From assembly GCA_035444565.1 (NCBI GenBank), contig DAOMOX010000001.1:450335-514334 (forward strand): 64,000 nt of DNA, in the 5' to 3' direction. The notes beneath the pieces are model-generated. The model worked only from the letters and a program-made list of their open reading frames with translations, was not told the origin of the DNA and did no database searches. Positions 29,224-39,357 of this stretch are shown here, in pieces. This DNA comes from Candidatus Dojkabacteria bacterium (GTDB lineage: Bacteria; Patescibacteriota; Dojkabacteria; B142; OLB20). The translations under genes were made by a program, and so were the position numbers. How positions within the stretch are numbered: position 1 is the first letter of the stretch; every line of letters starts with the position of its first letter.

Positions 29224-30624
29224 ATGTTTGGGGAGGATTTAAATAATATTGGTAAAATGTTAGTTGGTTTTGCAGGAAGCCGAAGAGACTCTGCATGGAA
29301 TAAAATGAAGGAAGAAAGTTATGAGCGTGCTGGAGGTAGGATTACAGGTGTAGAACTACAAGAGTCTATAATTGCTTCAATTGAAAGACTGGTCCAAATA
29401 TCAAAAAAATATGAGGAATTTTCTCTCGATGATAATAACGGAAAGGAATATTTTGTTTTTGGTAACTCTGCCAGAACAATTTATGAATGGTTCACCTTTT
29501 ATATAGATAATTCAGTAAATGAATCAAGTGGAATATCTACAGTAATGTGGATCAATCTTATTGCGGAGACTGATGTTCTAGTGTTTCTAGAAGATAAATG
29601 GAGTAAAGGTCATATTTCTCCTTCTCCCATTAATGATGGGTTTTCATTGTATCAATATATCTCGTCAACTATAAATGAAGATGTTTCTTCAAACTTTGTA
29701 AATGTATATAACGAAGAACACGATAATATCATTCATTTCTTAGGGAGTAATAGATTGATTTATAAGCCATTGACTAGGGAATACCAAAGCACAAGGAATC
29801 CTGGCATACAAGATTTAAATTTCCCGTATTTTATAGACGAGAAAACAATATTTAAAGATTCTATGAAATACTCATTCTTTGTTATGCTTGATGATAAGGA
29901 TTTCGGGGAGCTGTACTCGGACGTTGTTGTTAAATACAAATCAGATAGATTCTGGGTTCTTGATTGTCCTTCAGTTAGATCTGTTGTAATTACTCCAAAT
30001 GGTGTCAACAATCTTATTCAGGATCCGCGACTCCTTGATTCGAATGCAAAACACGAAGCATTACATGCATATACTGATGCTCGTCTAGAAACTAGGCAAG
30101 ATTTAATGAGGTCGGGTCAATATTTATTGCCCAGATGGACTATAGAGGGTCTAGCAAATTTTGTGTCGGGTAGAGGGCGCGAAGAAGATGGATTCAGAGA
30201 GCGACAACTTCGGACCTTTAAAAAATTTGGGTTGAAAGAATTTGATGAAATAGCTAGTAATGATGATGAATATTATGAGTATTACACACTGTTAATGTAT
30301 TTCTTGTTATCCGCTATGACGTCTTGCTTCCATAGAGAGAATCAAATTAAATTAATTAAAAAAGATGATGATAGTAGAATATTAGAGGCTTTAATACTAC
30401 TTAGACTCTCCACTTTTAAAACTGAATTGCCAGCTAACGGTGACTTTAGAAATGAATTTATTAAAGATATTGTGATGAGCGTCTTTGCAGGATCTGAACA
30501 GGATTTTCGAAATTTGAGCTTTGAAAATTTGAAAGTATTGTTTAATGAGAATAAAGAGAAAATATTCAAGGGGTATTATGAAGACAACGAAGTAGTAATT
30601 GATTTAAATAAAGTTTCCAACTGA
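29224..30624 (+). CDS. gluzincin metalloprotease-motif protein, paralog of the upstream gene
   Basis: KHEALH followed by LPRWTIEGL; shared DRFWV, TPNG and DGFRE blocks. Confidence 0.65.
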   Translation: MFGEDLNNIGKMLVGFAGSRRDSAWNKMKEESYERAGGRITGVELQESIIASIERLVQISKKYEEFSLDDNNGKEYFVFGNSARTIYEWFTFYIDNSVNESSGISTVMWINLIAETDVLVFLEDKWSKGHISPSPINDGFSLYQYISSTINEDVSSNFVNVYNEEHDNIIHFLGSNRLIYKPLTREYQSTRNPGIQDLNFPYFIDEKTIFKDSMKYSFFVMLDDKDFGELYSDVVVKYKSDRFWVLDCPSVRSVVITPNGVNNLIQDPRLLDSNAKHEALHAYTDARLETRQDLMRSGQYLLPRWTIEGLANFVSGRGREEDGFRERQLRTFKKFGLKEFDEIASNDDEYYEYYTLLMYFLLSAMTSCFHRENQIKLIKKDDDSRILEALILLRLSTFKTELPANGDFRNEFIKDIVMSVFAGSEQDFRNLSFENLKVLFNENKEKIFKGYYEDNEVVIDLNKVSN

Positions 30625-30735
30625 TTAAAATTAATAATGTTTATATAAGTAATTGTATAAATATGCCATTAGTAAAGTACCCATAGAGTATGTTTTTATC
30701 TATAATAAGATAATAAATCAGCTGAAGTTTGTATT

Positions 30736-31982
30736 TTGATAAAACTAATTCCAAACCCACTCAACAAAAATCAAAATTTCTCTGGATTGTTTCGAAAGGC
30801 AACCTTAATAGAGGAGACATTCAACATGACTAGAGCAATTCTGAGCCCTTTTGTTTATTTCCCGATAATATTCGCAGTTCTGGTTTACTTAAATTTCCCA
30901 TCACATTTAATCTTGGTGGTTTTATCTTTCTTTTTGTTTTGTATATTGAAAATCAATTAATCGGTTTCTGGAAAATATCTGCTATCAATTCAGTCAAGGT
31001 AGAGGAACAAAATCCAAGTTATATAAAACTTTCGCTGATTGATATAAGGTTTCGATTTATAAATTCACTCACCTCATTATTAACGACAATATTTCTTTTA
31101 TTGTCTTTGTTTCTCTTTCTTCCATCTGTTGAAAGTCTCGAAATATTTATGAAACTGAATCAAACAAATGTTCCAGTGATGAAGCTATTATCATTTTTAC
31201 TGTTAATCCAAATTTCTGACGTGGTAGTCAAATATTTTGAATACGCACTATATAAAAATGTTCCACAAGATATTAATTTCGCCGAACTAAATAAGTCTTT
31301 CTCGTTGATACGGAAAAAGATTAAGATGGTTGAATTCCTACCTTTTTCCATTATTTTTATTACTGTTTTATACTACATGGGATTGCCTAAAAATATTCTC
31401 TTAGTAATTGTCGGGGTTTTTTTATTAACGATTATTCTTGGATTCATTGAAATATATAGACTAAAGAATGCAAATTTGGACAATTTGTCTACTCCTGAAA
31501 TTGGACTTCAAGATGTTATCGATGAGTCTGAGAAAGTAATATATTCAATATTTGGAGTTATGAACACGAAAAGAACAGGAACTGCATTTCTTGGCGTAGG
31601 AAAGATGAACAAACCGGAGAATTCGTTGATAGTTACAAACAAAAGACTACTTTTAGTAGAAGTTCCAATTGCAGGGAATAGCAAAATAGTTGACGAAATT
31701 AATTACAGCGATATGAATTTCTATTGGAATAGGGGTGAAATCATAAAAAATGGAAATGAATTATTAAATAGACATACACTATCGGAAATTGTTAAGAAGT
31801 ATGGTGTGAAGTCATTTAAGTTTGAGGATATTAAAATACTTGAACTTAATAAAATGCTGATTAAAATTGAAACCACTTTGGACGAAAAAGCAGAATATTT
31901 ATTTATGGATAGGGAACATATTGATCCACTTTCTAAACATCTCTCAAAATTATTAGGTGCGAATTTTATTGTTGAGGCTTGA
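30736..31982 (+). pseudogene. membrane protein with C-terminal bPH-like domain, apparently frameshifted near 30935
   Basis: Two overlapping ORFs joined across a T homopolymer; LIVTNKRLLL motif. Confidence 0.55.
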
Positions 31983-32029
31983 TAAGAAACGAATCCAAGT
32001 ATTCTCAAGAAATTTTGAGTGAGCTCAGT

Positions 32030-32812
32030 TTAGACACTTCTCAAGCTTGCTACGATTTTATCGCATTCTTGTAGGCCAGTTTCCGTATCGGCTGTGCAAT
32101 ATATGGAAAGTGTTGCTACACTTTCTATATTGAGGAATGAATCACCACATGGAGCGGACACTGATTCTCCTGTGGATGCGAAATATAATCCTTCGCAGGT
32201 TCCGGAAGTCTTGAAATTACTTCCGTTAACATAAGTATAGGTATTACTACCTCTTTCTGAGGTTAAATTGCTTGTTTGAACACGATATATTTTCCCATAG
32301 TATAGATTTTCAAACCAATTATATTCTCCTACATAACCTGTCCCACCGTATCCTTCGTCTTCGTACTCCTCTTTTATAATTAAAGTAAAGTCCTCACCCT
32401 CAACAAATCCACTATTAGATTCAGTATATGATAGCGGATCTAATTTGACTGACCATTCTGCACTTACTGGTTTTGTTAGTTCATACTTTTTTAGTCTAAC
32501 CGAATTGTCTACTCCTGGTAAATCTACACTGATCTTCTCTGTTGGTACAGAGGTTGGGGTAGTGAGCATTTCTTCGATGATTGTGGGTTGAGTTTTGGTG
32601 GGGTTAATTGATGCAGGCTCATTTGTAGTAAGGTTTATACTTTCGGGTTCATATATTTCCTTAAAGTAGATATATGCTCCAAAAATGAAAAGTGTAATCA
32701 GAAGTAAAATTGCTAAAATAATTACTGCAAATGATTTAGGATTGTTGTTACTCTGTATATAAGTCTCGTCCACAGATGGGGGAGTTGGTTGATTGTTATC
32801 TTCTATATTCAT
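32030..32812 (-). CDS. single-pass surface protein with four-cysteine C-terminal domain
   Basis: TM helix, PT linker, CEG..APCG..LSIYC..ECDKIVASL. Confidence 0.7.
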   Translation of the reverse strand: MNIEDNNQPTPPSVDETYIQSNNNPKSFAVIILAILLLITLFIFGAYIYFKEIYEPESINLTTNEPASINPTKTQPTIIEEMLTTPTSVPTEKISVDLPGVDNSVRLKKYELTKPVSAEWSVKLDPLSYTESNSGFVEGEDFTLIIKEEYEDEGYGGTGYVGEYNWFENLYYGKIYRVQTSNLTSERGSNTYTYVNGSNFKTSGTCEGLYFASTGESVSAPCGDSFLNIESVATLSIYCTADTETGLQECDKIVASLRSV

Positions 32813-32869
32813 AATTTTTATTTAAATATTATTAGATATATTAATTAATATATTAGACTTCATAAATAT

Positions 32870-34642
32870 TTATTTTGCAATTGATAGATTGTTGATTATC
32901 TCTTTGCATGTTTTGGTGGCTTTCTCAGGAGTAGTTTTTACTTCACAAGAGATTGTCAGAAACCTAGGACCCTCAGCTGTTTCGAATTTGTAAGAAGTGT
33001 CCACGCAAGGTGATTGTATGGGGTTGCCCAAAAAGTCTTTACAGTCACTTTTCTTGTAATTTCTTGAGTCCGTGAAATAGTAAATAAACTTAGCAGCATA
33101 TTCATGCATCAAAATATTTCCTAGGTATTCGGTATCAATCTCCTCAGGTATCCAATTGGAATAACTAAAGCCATTTTCATACCATTCATTTATTGAGAAT
33201 ACCATATCTTCTGATTCAATTTTAATACTAGCTCGTTCTATATTACTATTGTTCTCGTTTTGTAATCCTTCTGGTAACGTTCCTTCTACAATTATTGCTT
33301 CTCTTCGACTTCCTCCATACTCAGAATCATATACTATTCCGGAGTATGAGTTTTCTGTCGGAATTGTTAAGCGATGTGTTGGCGTAGGCATTACATTTGT
33401 ATCAGTAGGTTGTACAGGTATTGTAGGATTTAAGGATTTCAATCTAAAATAATTTATGTCTTGTATCCATAATACTTCAGCTACTTCAGTCTTTTGTGTG
33501 AAACCACTTACTTCAAGCTCTTTTCCTAATAGAAACTTTCCAATAATAGTAGGTTTTCTTGTTATCTTATCGAAAAGAAAATTACCATCTAAGATATATT
33601 CTTTATTTTCTGTTGAAAAAATTGGGGTGATTATATCCTCACCTGGATTTCTGAGTTCGAATTTCCCATTTCCCAAGTTAATAATCGAAGAAGAAGGGGA
33701 CGTGTTTTTATTAATTGGTTCTAATTGATCTATATATTGACTAAATTCGAAGATGTTATTTGCTTCATCTATAGAAATAATTTCAAACTCATTATAGGTT
33801 TCGATTTGGCTATCTTGTAATGAACTAAACGTGCTAGACGATTCGTTGGATATTGGCAAGTAAGTTTCTTTATCTATGGTAATAACTGCTTCATAGATAG
33901 TCTCGACACGCTTTGTGGCTCCATTAGCCTCTCTTGTGAGTGCTATTCCTGGATAAGTGAAGGTAATTACAAAGACTTCTCGATTGTTAATTTTGTCTTC
34001 TTTTAACTTGTACTGCGAAGATTCTCCTTGTAATAAGTAGTCATAAAAACCCACCAATGATTTTAGCTGTGATCTATGCTCAATCGAAATCATTTCTTCC
34101 GAAAGGTTTCTCCAGTTTGATGTACTACCGTAACTATAACTGTATTCATTTATCCCGTCACTGAAGGTCGCAAATTTTTGAGGGCTGAAATCACGATAAG
34201 ACTTCCCCGGTACCATTTCTGTCGGTAGTAATGTATCTGATTTGGAAACATCATAACGGATTAGATATTTCTCGTCTTGATTAGAAACATAACCCTCTAC
34301 GTCAAAATTGTCATATTCCTCAAAGTCGGTGACAGTTTTGATATTGTAAGAATAATGAAGGATTCCCGGTTTCGCTAACATTTCTTTGAGAGTTTGTTGT
34401 GTTTTTTGTATTACTTCCATTGCGGATACAGGTTTCACCACTTTTCTTTGTTGTTCTTCCGGAAGGAAGAAGACTCCAATTCCAACAACAAAAATTACAA
34501 AAAGGGTTAGTGCAAACTTATAGAATATCCCAAGTCCAGGAGATTTTTCTGGCTTGATTTTTTGTAATACTATTTTGTCGAGTCTGGTTTCTTCATTTTT
34601 ATCTAATTTATTATTGTTCATGAATTGATTTAGATTTTCCAT
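32870..34642 (-). CDS. putative anti-sigma factor (TM, LolA-like region, four-cysteine C-terminal domain)
   Basis: Directly downstream of the ECF sigma gene; short cytoplasmic N-terminus, TM helix, IDKETYLP motif, C..SPC..ISC..TCKEIINNL. Confidence 0.65.
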   Translation of the reverse strand: MENLNQFMNNNKLDKNEETRLDKIVLQKIKPEKSPGLGIFYKFALTLFVIFVVGIGVFFLPEEQQRKVVKPVSAMEVIQKTQQTLKEMLAKPGILHYSYNIKTVTDFEEYDNFDVEGYVSNQDEKYLIRYDVSKSDTLLPTEMVPGKSYRDFSPQKFATFSDGINEYSYSYGSTSNWRNLSEEMISIEHRSQLKSLVGFYDYLLQGESSQYKLKEDKINNREVFVITFTYPGIALTREANGATKRVETIYEAVITIDKETYLPISNESSSTFSSLQDSQIETYNEFEIISIDEANNIFEFSQYIDQLEPINKNTSPSSSIINLGNGKFELRNPGEDIITPIFSTENKEYILDGNFLFDKITRKPTIIGKFLLGKELEVSGFTQKTEVAEVLWIQDINYFRLKSLNPTIPVQPTDTNVMPTPTHRLTIPTENSYSGIVYDSEYGGSRREAIIVEGTLPEGLQNENNSNIERASIKIESEDMVFSINEWYENGFSYSNWIPEEIDTEYLGNILMHEYAAKFIYYFTDSRNYKKSDCKDFLGNPIQSPCVDTSYKFETAEGPRFLTISCEVKTTPEKATKTCKEIINNLSIAK

Positions 34643-34652
34643 AATTAGATAT

Positions 34653-35156
34653 TTAATTAATAAAGGTTTGTAATTTATTTATCACTCTATGATGCATAAC
34701 TCTGGCATTTGTTTCACTCATATTTAATACAGAAGCACACTCTGCAAAGTTTAAATTATTCATATATTTAAGTAATAGAAGTTCTTTTTCAATTTCCTTG
34801 AGTTTACTAAATAGGTCTTTTAGCGAGAATTTATTAATCAATGCTGAATCAGAATTATCTTCGATTTCTTCTACATTGTAGTTTTCGATTTCGAAAGAAT
34901 GATCAAATATGGAATTGTCTTTATAGGACTTTCTATAATAATCATTAATTTTGTGTCTACAAATTGCAAAAAGCCATGTTTTATATGTGGATTGTCCTCG
35001 GAAATTATCAAGATTTACCCACGCAGACAAAAATGTCTCTGCAGTTATATCCAGTGCATCTTCCCTTGAATTGGTTTTCGCCAGAGTAAACAAGAAGATG
35101 CTTTGCTTATTCTCTTTATAAAAATCTTCAAAAATCTGTTTTTTGTTTTTCATCAA
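34653..35156 (-). CDS. ECF RNA polymerase sigma factor
   Basis: DALDITAETFL.AW, KTWLFAICRH, region 4 ECASVL.MSE..ARV..HR. Confidence 0.92.
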   Translation of the reverse strand: MMKNKKQIFEDFYKENKQSIFLFTLAKTNSREDALDITAETFLSAWVNLDNFRGQSTYKTWLFAICRHKINDYYRKSYKDNSIFDHSFEIENYNVEEIEDNSDSALINKFSLKDLFSKLKEIEKELLLLKYMNNLNFAECASVLNMSETNARVMHHRVINKLQTFIN

Positions 35157-35206
35157 AATTGATTTATTACTAAGGTAGTCGAAAGAGCGTTACAAAACTA
35201 GTTAAC

Positions 35207-35710
35207 TTATTTGAGTTTTCTAACAAAAATCCAATTACGACCAAATAACATATAAATTGAATATGAAAACAACAGAATGATAAATATGGTGATAAATTTT
35301 GAGGGGAATATTGCAAAAAAGTTAGAAATTACTGTGAAAATTGTATTATAAAGCTCACGAACTAATAAAGCAGATATTAGAGTCCCCAAACTTATTGAGT
35401 GAAACACATAAACTAAGTTTACGAATGTACGTTTTAATACTTCGATGATCCATGCACTAAATGTGTATTGCGCTTTACGTCTTTTGGGTCCTTTCGGACC
35501 ACGAATCCATCTGCTTGAGAAGAAAATTATTAGGATAATTAAATAGGTGTAAACAATTCCAAGTCCAGTATATACATCATTAATAATGCTCCAAAATAAT
35601 ATAGAGAATATTAATAAATGGATGCGGAGAAAGAATAACGTGAGTCCATAATCTATCAGAAGAGTCACAACTTTGTGAGCTAAAGGTTTGTTTCCTAATG
35701 TATCAATCAT
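35207..35710 (-). CDS. hypothetical membrane protein
   Basis: About 4 TM segments; shares RGP.KR..Y..W.IE motif with the next gene. Confidence 0.65.
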   Translation of the reverse strand: MIDTLGNKPLAHKVVTLLIDYGLTLFFLRIHLLIFSILFWSIINDVYTGLGIVYTYLIILIIFFSSRWIRGPKGPKRRKAQYTFSAWIIEVLKRTFVNLVYVFHSISLGTLISALLVRELYNTIFTVISNFFAIFPSKFITIFIILLFSYSIYMLFGRNWIFVRKLK

Positions 35711-36444
35711 CTGTCAAAATTTATCCATTTGCGGAAAAATAGGACTCGTATTATGTAGATTATTAGAGGACCAACCAATAGTGATACAATTCTTGATGCA
35801 TTTTCGACATCAATTGTTGTGTAGTCGAAAGTCTCTAAAAAAAGCCCAAAACCGAATAAGAGTATACTTATAAATATAAATGATAGAATGCGCCTTCCTG
35901 CTGAATTCTCCAAGTTGGTCTTGAGGATTACTGTTACACCTACACTCACCAGAAACACAAAAATCGGCAAAATAATAAAGAGAATAAAGAAGTAAAACTG
36001 TATTACATCCGGAAGCAAATCAGTAATTTGTCTATTAATTTCGGAGCCAAATTGTTTCTCAAAAAAGGTAACTACTAATGCTGTTAATGAGGCAGAGTAG
36101 AGGAAATAGAATATATACTTGAGTGATTTTAAAAAGATTTCTATAGACCAATCGTCGTATGTTAATCTTTTCGATGGGCCTCTCCGTGCTTTTTCTTTGC
36201 TGAGATAGTAACCAACTAGTAAAAACAAAATTGTAAAGAATGAGGAAATCAAACTAATCTCTGTACTAAATAAACCGTTCTTTAAATATGTGAGTAATGT
36301 AATGGTTATGCTTCCCATTATTGGTATAGAAACGAACATGAAAGTGTAGTCTGAAGTCTGTGAAATCAAATCTATAATCTTTCCACTTCTTAGAATTTCG
36401 GACAATCTTTTAAAGAAGGTTACTTGATTAGCATTGGGTTCCAT
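35707..36444 (-). CDS. hypothetical membrane protein, paralog of 35207..35710
   Basis: About 6 TM segments; RGPSKRLTYDDWSIE and LFFRKWI. Confidence 0.65.
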   Translation of the reverse strand: MEPNANQVTFFKRLSEILRSGKIIDLISQTSDYTFMFVSIPIMGSITITLLTYLKNGLFSTEISLISSFFTILFLLVGYYLSKEKARRGPSKRLTYDDWSIEIFLKSLKYIFYFLYSASLTALVVTFFEKQFGSEINRQITDLLPDVIQFYFFILFIILPIFVFLVSVGVTVILKTNLENSAGRRILSFIFISILLFGFGLFLETFDYTTIDVENASRIVSLLVGPLIIYIIRVLFFRKWINFDR

Positions 36445-36446
36445 AT

Positions 36447-37211
36447 TTATTCACTTTTCTCAAGTAGACATTGTTGAAGTTCTTGGGTCATTGTCCAACC
36501 ACATTCGCCATTTGATTGTCGTGCACATTCTGCATTTATATAGCATGCATATTCTTCTCGGTAAGCACAGTCAGTGATTACGTCCTCATCATCTGAACAT
36601 ATTTGACCGCTACAACCACCTATTTTACAACCATCTTTCACTTGTACTGTTTTGAAGCTCACGTAAACTTCTTCTACCTTGTTGTTCTCGGGCATGCCTG
36701 ATGGATTTGCTTTCTCGAAAACTAAAACGCCAGAGTCAGGAAGATTTTCACCCTCAAACTCTAAAGTAGCTTCAAAAGGCACGAAATCCTCGGTCATCCA
36801 TTCAGCACCATCGGTTGTGGTAATTGTAGCAGAGCTGATTTCATTTCCCTCGAGATCTGTAAGGACGACTCTGAATGAACCTTCCCAAAACCAAGTCCCA
36901 GGTGCTTCACCATTTATATCTAATGGACTTTGTATGTATTGATCGGGTAGTGGATTAAACACTTTGATTTCGCCTGTTGGTAACGGTTCTGGTGAAACAG
37001 GCGGAACAGATGTATCAACGAAAGTCCGTCCGTCTGGAGTCATACATTGCTGAGGATAGATATCAAGAATAGGAAAGTTCCATTCCACGCATTCCTCAAA
37101 ACTATTAATTTTCGAAATAGAAAATTGCCTATATCCATAGTAAAGCCCTAGGAAAATCAATACAAAAGCGAGGAAAACTAAAGGAACTAGAAATACTAGA
37201 TATTTTTTCAT
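36447..37211 (-). CDS. Gmad2 Ig-like domain plus Cys-cluster domain surface protein
   Basis: INSFEECV..YPQQC.TPDG; SPL.I.GEA.G.WFWEG.F..WMTEDFVPF..NPSG; CKIGGCSGQIC..C..C..C..CGW. Confidence 0.8.
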   Translation of the reverse strand: MKKYLVFLVPLVFLAFVLIFLGLYYGYRQFSISKINSFEECVEWNFPILDIYPQQCMTPDGRTFVDTSVPPVSPEPLPTGEIKVFNPLPDQYIQSPLDINGEAPGTWFWEGSFRVVLTDLEGNEISSATITTTDGAEWMTEDFVPFEATLEFEGENLPDSGVLVFEKANPSGMPENNKVEEVYVSFKTVQVKDGCKIGGCSGQICSDDEDVITDCAYREEYACYINAECARQSNGECGWTMTQELQQCLLEKSE

Positions 37212-37272
37212 ATGAGTATGATAACTAATACTAAAGTATAGTAAAAATAGAGGATGAATGCGATAGAACTCT

Positions 37273-38004
37273 TTATTTGCTATAAATTACACTAGGTGCA
37301 TTACCTTTGAAATTGTATGCATTCTCAGTGATTGTAAGTTTTTCAGTATCTAGCCCTGTGACGCTTTTTACTATTGTTTCGGTAGCAATCGTTAAAGCTT
37401 TGTTTGCTTGGTCGGCGGGTAGTCCTAGTCGGTTTATCTCAATAGATTCTGTGTCTAAGCTCAATTCATTATTTGTGATTTCAGTTTTTGCTTTTAGGTA
37501 AAAAGCTGGATTAGATCCTAATTTCTCAATCCAGTTTAAACCTTTGTCAACATTCTCCTCGGAGTATCCACCATATCCGGCAATACTCGCGAAATTCTTT
37601 AATTTACTGGTTATAAGGTTTCCGGAAACTTCGATAATCCCTCCATCTGAAAATTTAACTTGTACATTCTCAACTGGCATGGAAGACCAGTTTGAATAAT
37701 TAATTCTTGCCGAAATTTCGCTATTTGAGAAAGACATGTCATATGGTTTAGGTGATGTGAAGACTATTCCTGGTCCAGTTTGTAATTCTTCGGGCGCTTT
37801 ATCAAACGAAAGTACTTGTGATTCGGTTTTTGCCATGAATTCATCATAATCTTCCTCGGTATATGTGACTCCGAGGTCCTTTGGTTTTGTAACATTAAAG
37901 AAATCTCCAGGCATTGGAATGATTCCGAAATAACCCAGGAGTAGGATTCCACCGACAGTAAGTAAGACTACAAAAACAAGGAGAATAGTTAGGGACTTTT
38001 TCAT
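37273..38004 (-). CDS. hypothetical membrane-anchored protein
   Basis: N-terminal TM helix, PKDLGV.Y motif. Confidence 0.65.
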   Translation of the reverse strand: MKKSLTILLVFVVLLTVGGILLLGYFGIIPMPGDFFNVTKPKDLGVTYTEEDYDEFMAKTESQVLSFDKAPEELQTGPGIVFTSPKPYDMSFSNSEISARINYSNWSSMPVENVQVKFSDGGIIEVSGNLITSKLKNFASIAGYGGYSEENVDKGLNWIEKLGSNPAFYLKAKTEITNNELSLDTESIEINRLGLPADQANKALTIATETIVKSVTGLDTEKLTITENAYNFKGNAPSVIYSK

Positions 38005-38064
38005 CTATCGTCAATAATAGATTAAATATGAAATTTGATTGTACTATATCACTAAATGTGTAAA

Positions 38065-38306
38065 ACGGAAAGACACCGGATAGTCACTCCGTGCTTCACT
38101 TACCATACCAGAAGAGGATCGCTGCCTCCGCTGTCTCTCCGGGGTTTAACCGCGGAGTCCCGTTATTATTCTCACATCAACTTATAGGATAAACGGGATC
38201 CCGTGCTTCCCTCCCTTCCGGCAGGGCAGGCAACCACGGGATGACCTCAGGGGTCGCTTTCGCCATCCACTTATCCTACCGTAAGGGAGGGACCGCGGAG
38301 TCCCGT
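38065..38306 (+). repeat. REP/REPIN-like palindromic cluster 1
   Basis: GTCTCTCCGgGG-TTTAA-CCGCGGAGTCCCGT, 29-nt spacer, ACGGGATCCCGTG...CACGGGATGAC; GC-rich island in AT-rich intergenic DNA. Confidence 0.85.
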
Positions 38307-38382
38307 AAATCCCACAAGTAGTAATTGTAATAACAACCTCATAGTTATATATTATTATTACCTACTTTTTATCAATATAAAT

Positions 38383-39042
38383 ATGAATAAATCGTTAAGT
38401 TTATTCTTTGTCGCTTTGTTTTCCACAATCCTAGTATTGCCCGTAAGTGCTATAGCTCCAACAAGGCCTACGGAAAGGGCAACAGTTCAGCAAACTCAGG
38501 CTCCCAAACCCACAAAACCTACTGATGAAGAGAAGTTGCTTTTAAAAGAGGAGAGAGAGGCGAAAATCCAGGAACTACAATGTGAAGCAGCAAAAACTCG
38601 AACTGAATCACAAAAAAAGATATATGAAGCACAACAGTTAAGATATGGGAATAGATACGTTAATATGTTAACTAGACTAAACAGTTTATTGGAAAAGTTG
38701 GATGAGCGTGAAATTGACGCTTTGGACTTACCAGAATATGTGAGTGAACTTACTACAATGGTGGAGGGATTTAATTTAGAATTGAAAGCTCTTATAGGAA
38801 AATTTGACGAGATGAGACCAGTAACTTGCGAAACTTCTGGTGAGGAATATGTGAAAATTCTTAGAGAAGCAAAAACAGAAAGTGCGCAGTTAAGAACCCA
38901 ATCTAGAGAAATTAATCAATATTTCTTGAACACAATTCTTCCTGAATTGAAGAGAGTAAGGGCTCAGGCCGAAGAAACAGTAACAACTCCAACTGAAGAA
39001 GTTGAAGTAGAACCTACAGAGACAAATATTTTAAATAATTAA
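38383..39042 (+). CDS. secreted coiled-coil protein
   Basis: Signal peptide, helical heptads, two Cys. Confidence 0.7.
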   Translation: MNKSLSLFFVALFSTILVLPVSAIAPTRPTERATVQQTQAPKPTKPTDEEKLLLKEEREAKIQELQCEAAKTRTESQKKIYEAQQLRYGNRYVNMLTRLNSLLEKLDEREIDALDLPEYVSELTTMVEGFNLELKALIGKFDEMRPVTCETSGEEYVKILREAKTESAQLRTQSREINQYFLNTILPELKRVRAQAEETVTTPTEEVEVEPTETNILNN

Positions 39043-39050
39043 TTTTAAAT

Positions 39051-39341
39051 ATGAGTAATAAAAATATCGCAATATTAGTAATCTTCTTCTTGTTTATCGC
39101 AGCTATGGTTGGAGTAGTGATGTATATGATGCGAGATGTGATTGTCGAGACGGAGAGTAGTAATCAAAATCAAGTTGAGCCAACAGTAGTAGTGGAAGAA
39201 GTAGACCAGACTGAACCCACAATCGAGACAACCATCCCACCAGAAGAAGATGCTTCTAAAAGTATCGATGATACTATAAATGAAATAGAGAAAGGGTTAG
39301 ACGATTTGGACGTCGATAACGATTTACCCGAGGTAAATTAA
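39051..39341 (+). CDS. small single-pass acidic protein
   Basis: N-terminal TM helix, E/T/P-rich linker. Confidence 0.65.
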   Translation: MSNKNIAILVIFFLFIAAMVGVVMYMMRDVIVETESSNQNQVEPTVVVEEVDQTEPTIETTIPPEEDASKSIDDTINEIEKGLDDLDVDNDLPEVN

Positions 39342-39357
39342 AATACTCATAGAAGAT

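Noticed and set aside
35165-35200. ECF autoregulatory promoter (TGTAAC...CGAC on the minus strand)
   Set aside because: Spacing between the elements is much shorter than the usual ~16 bp.
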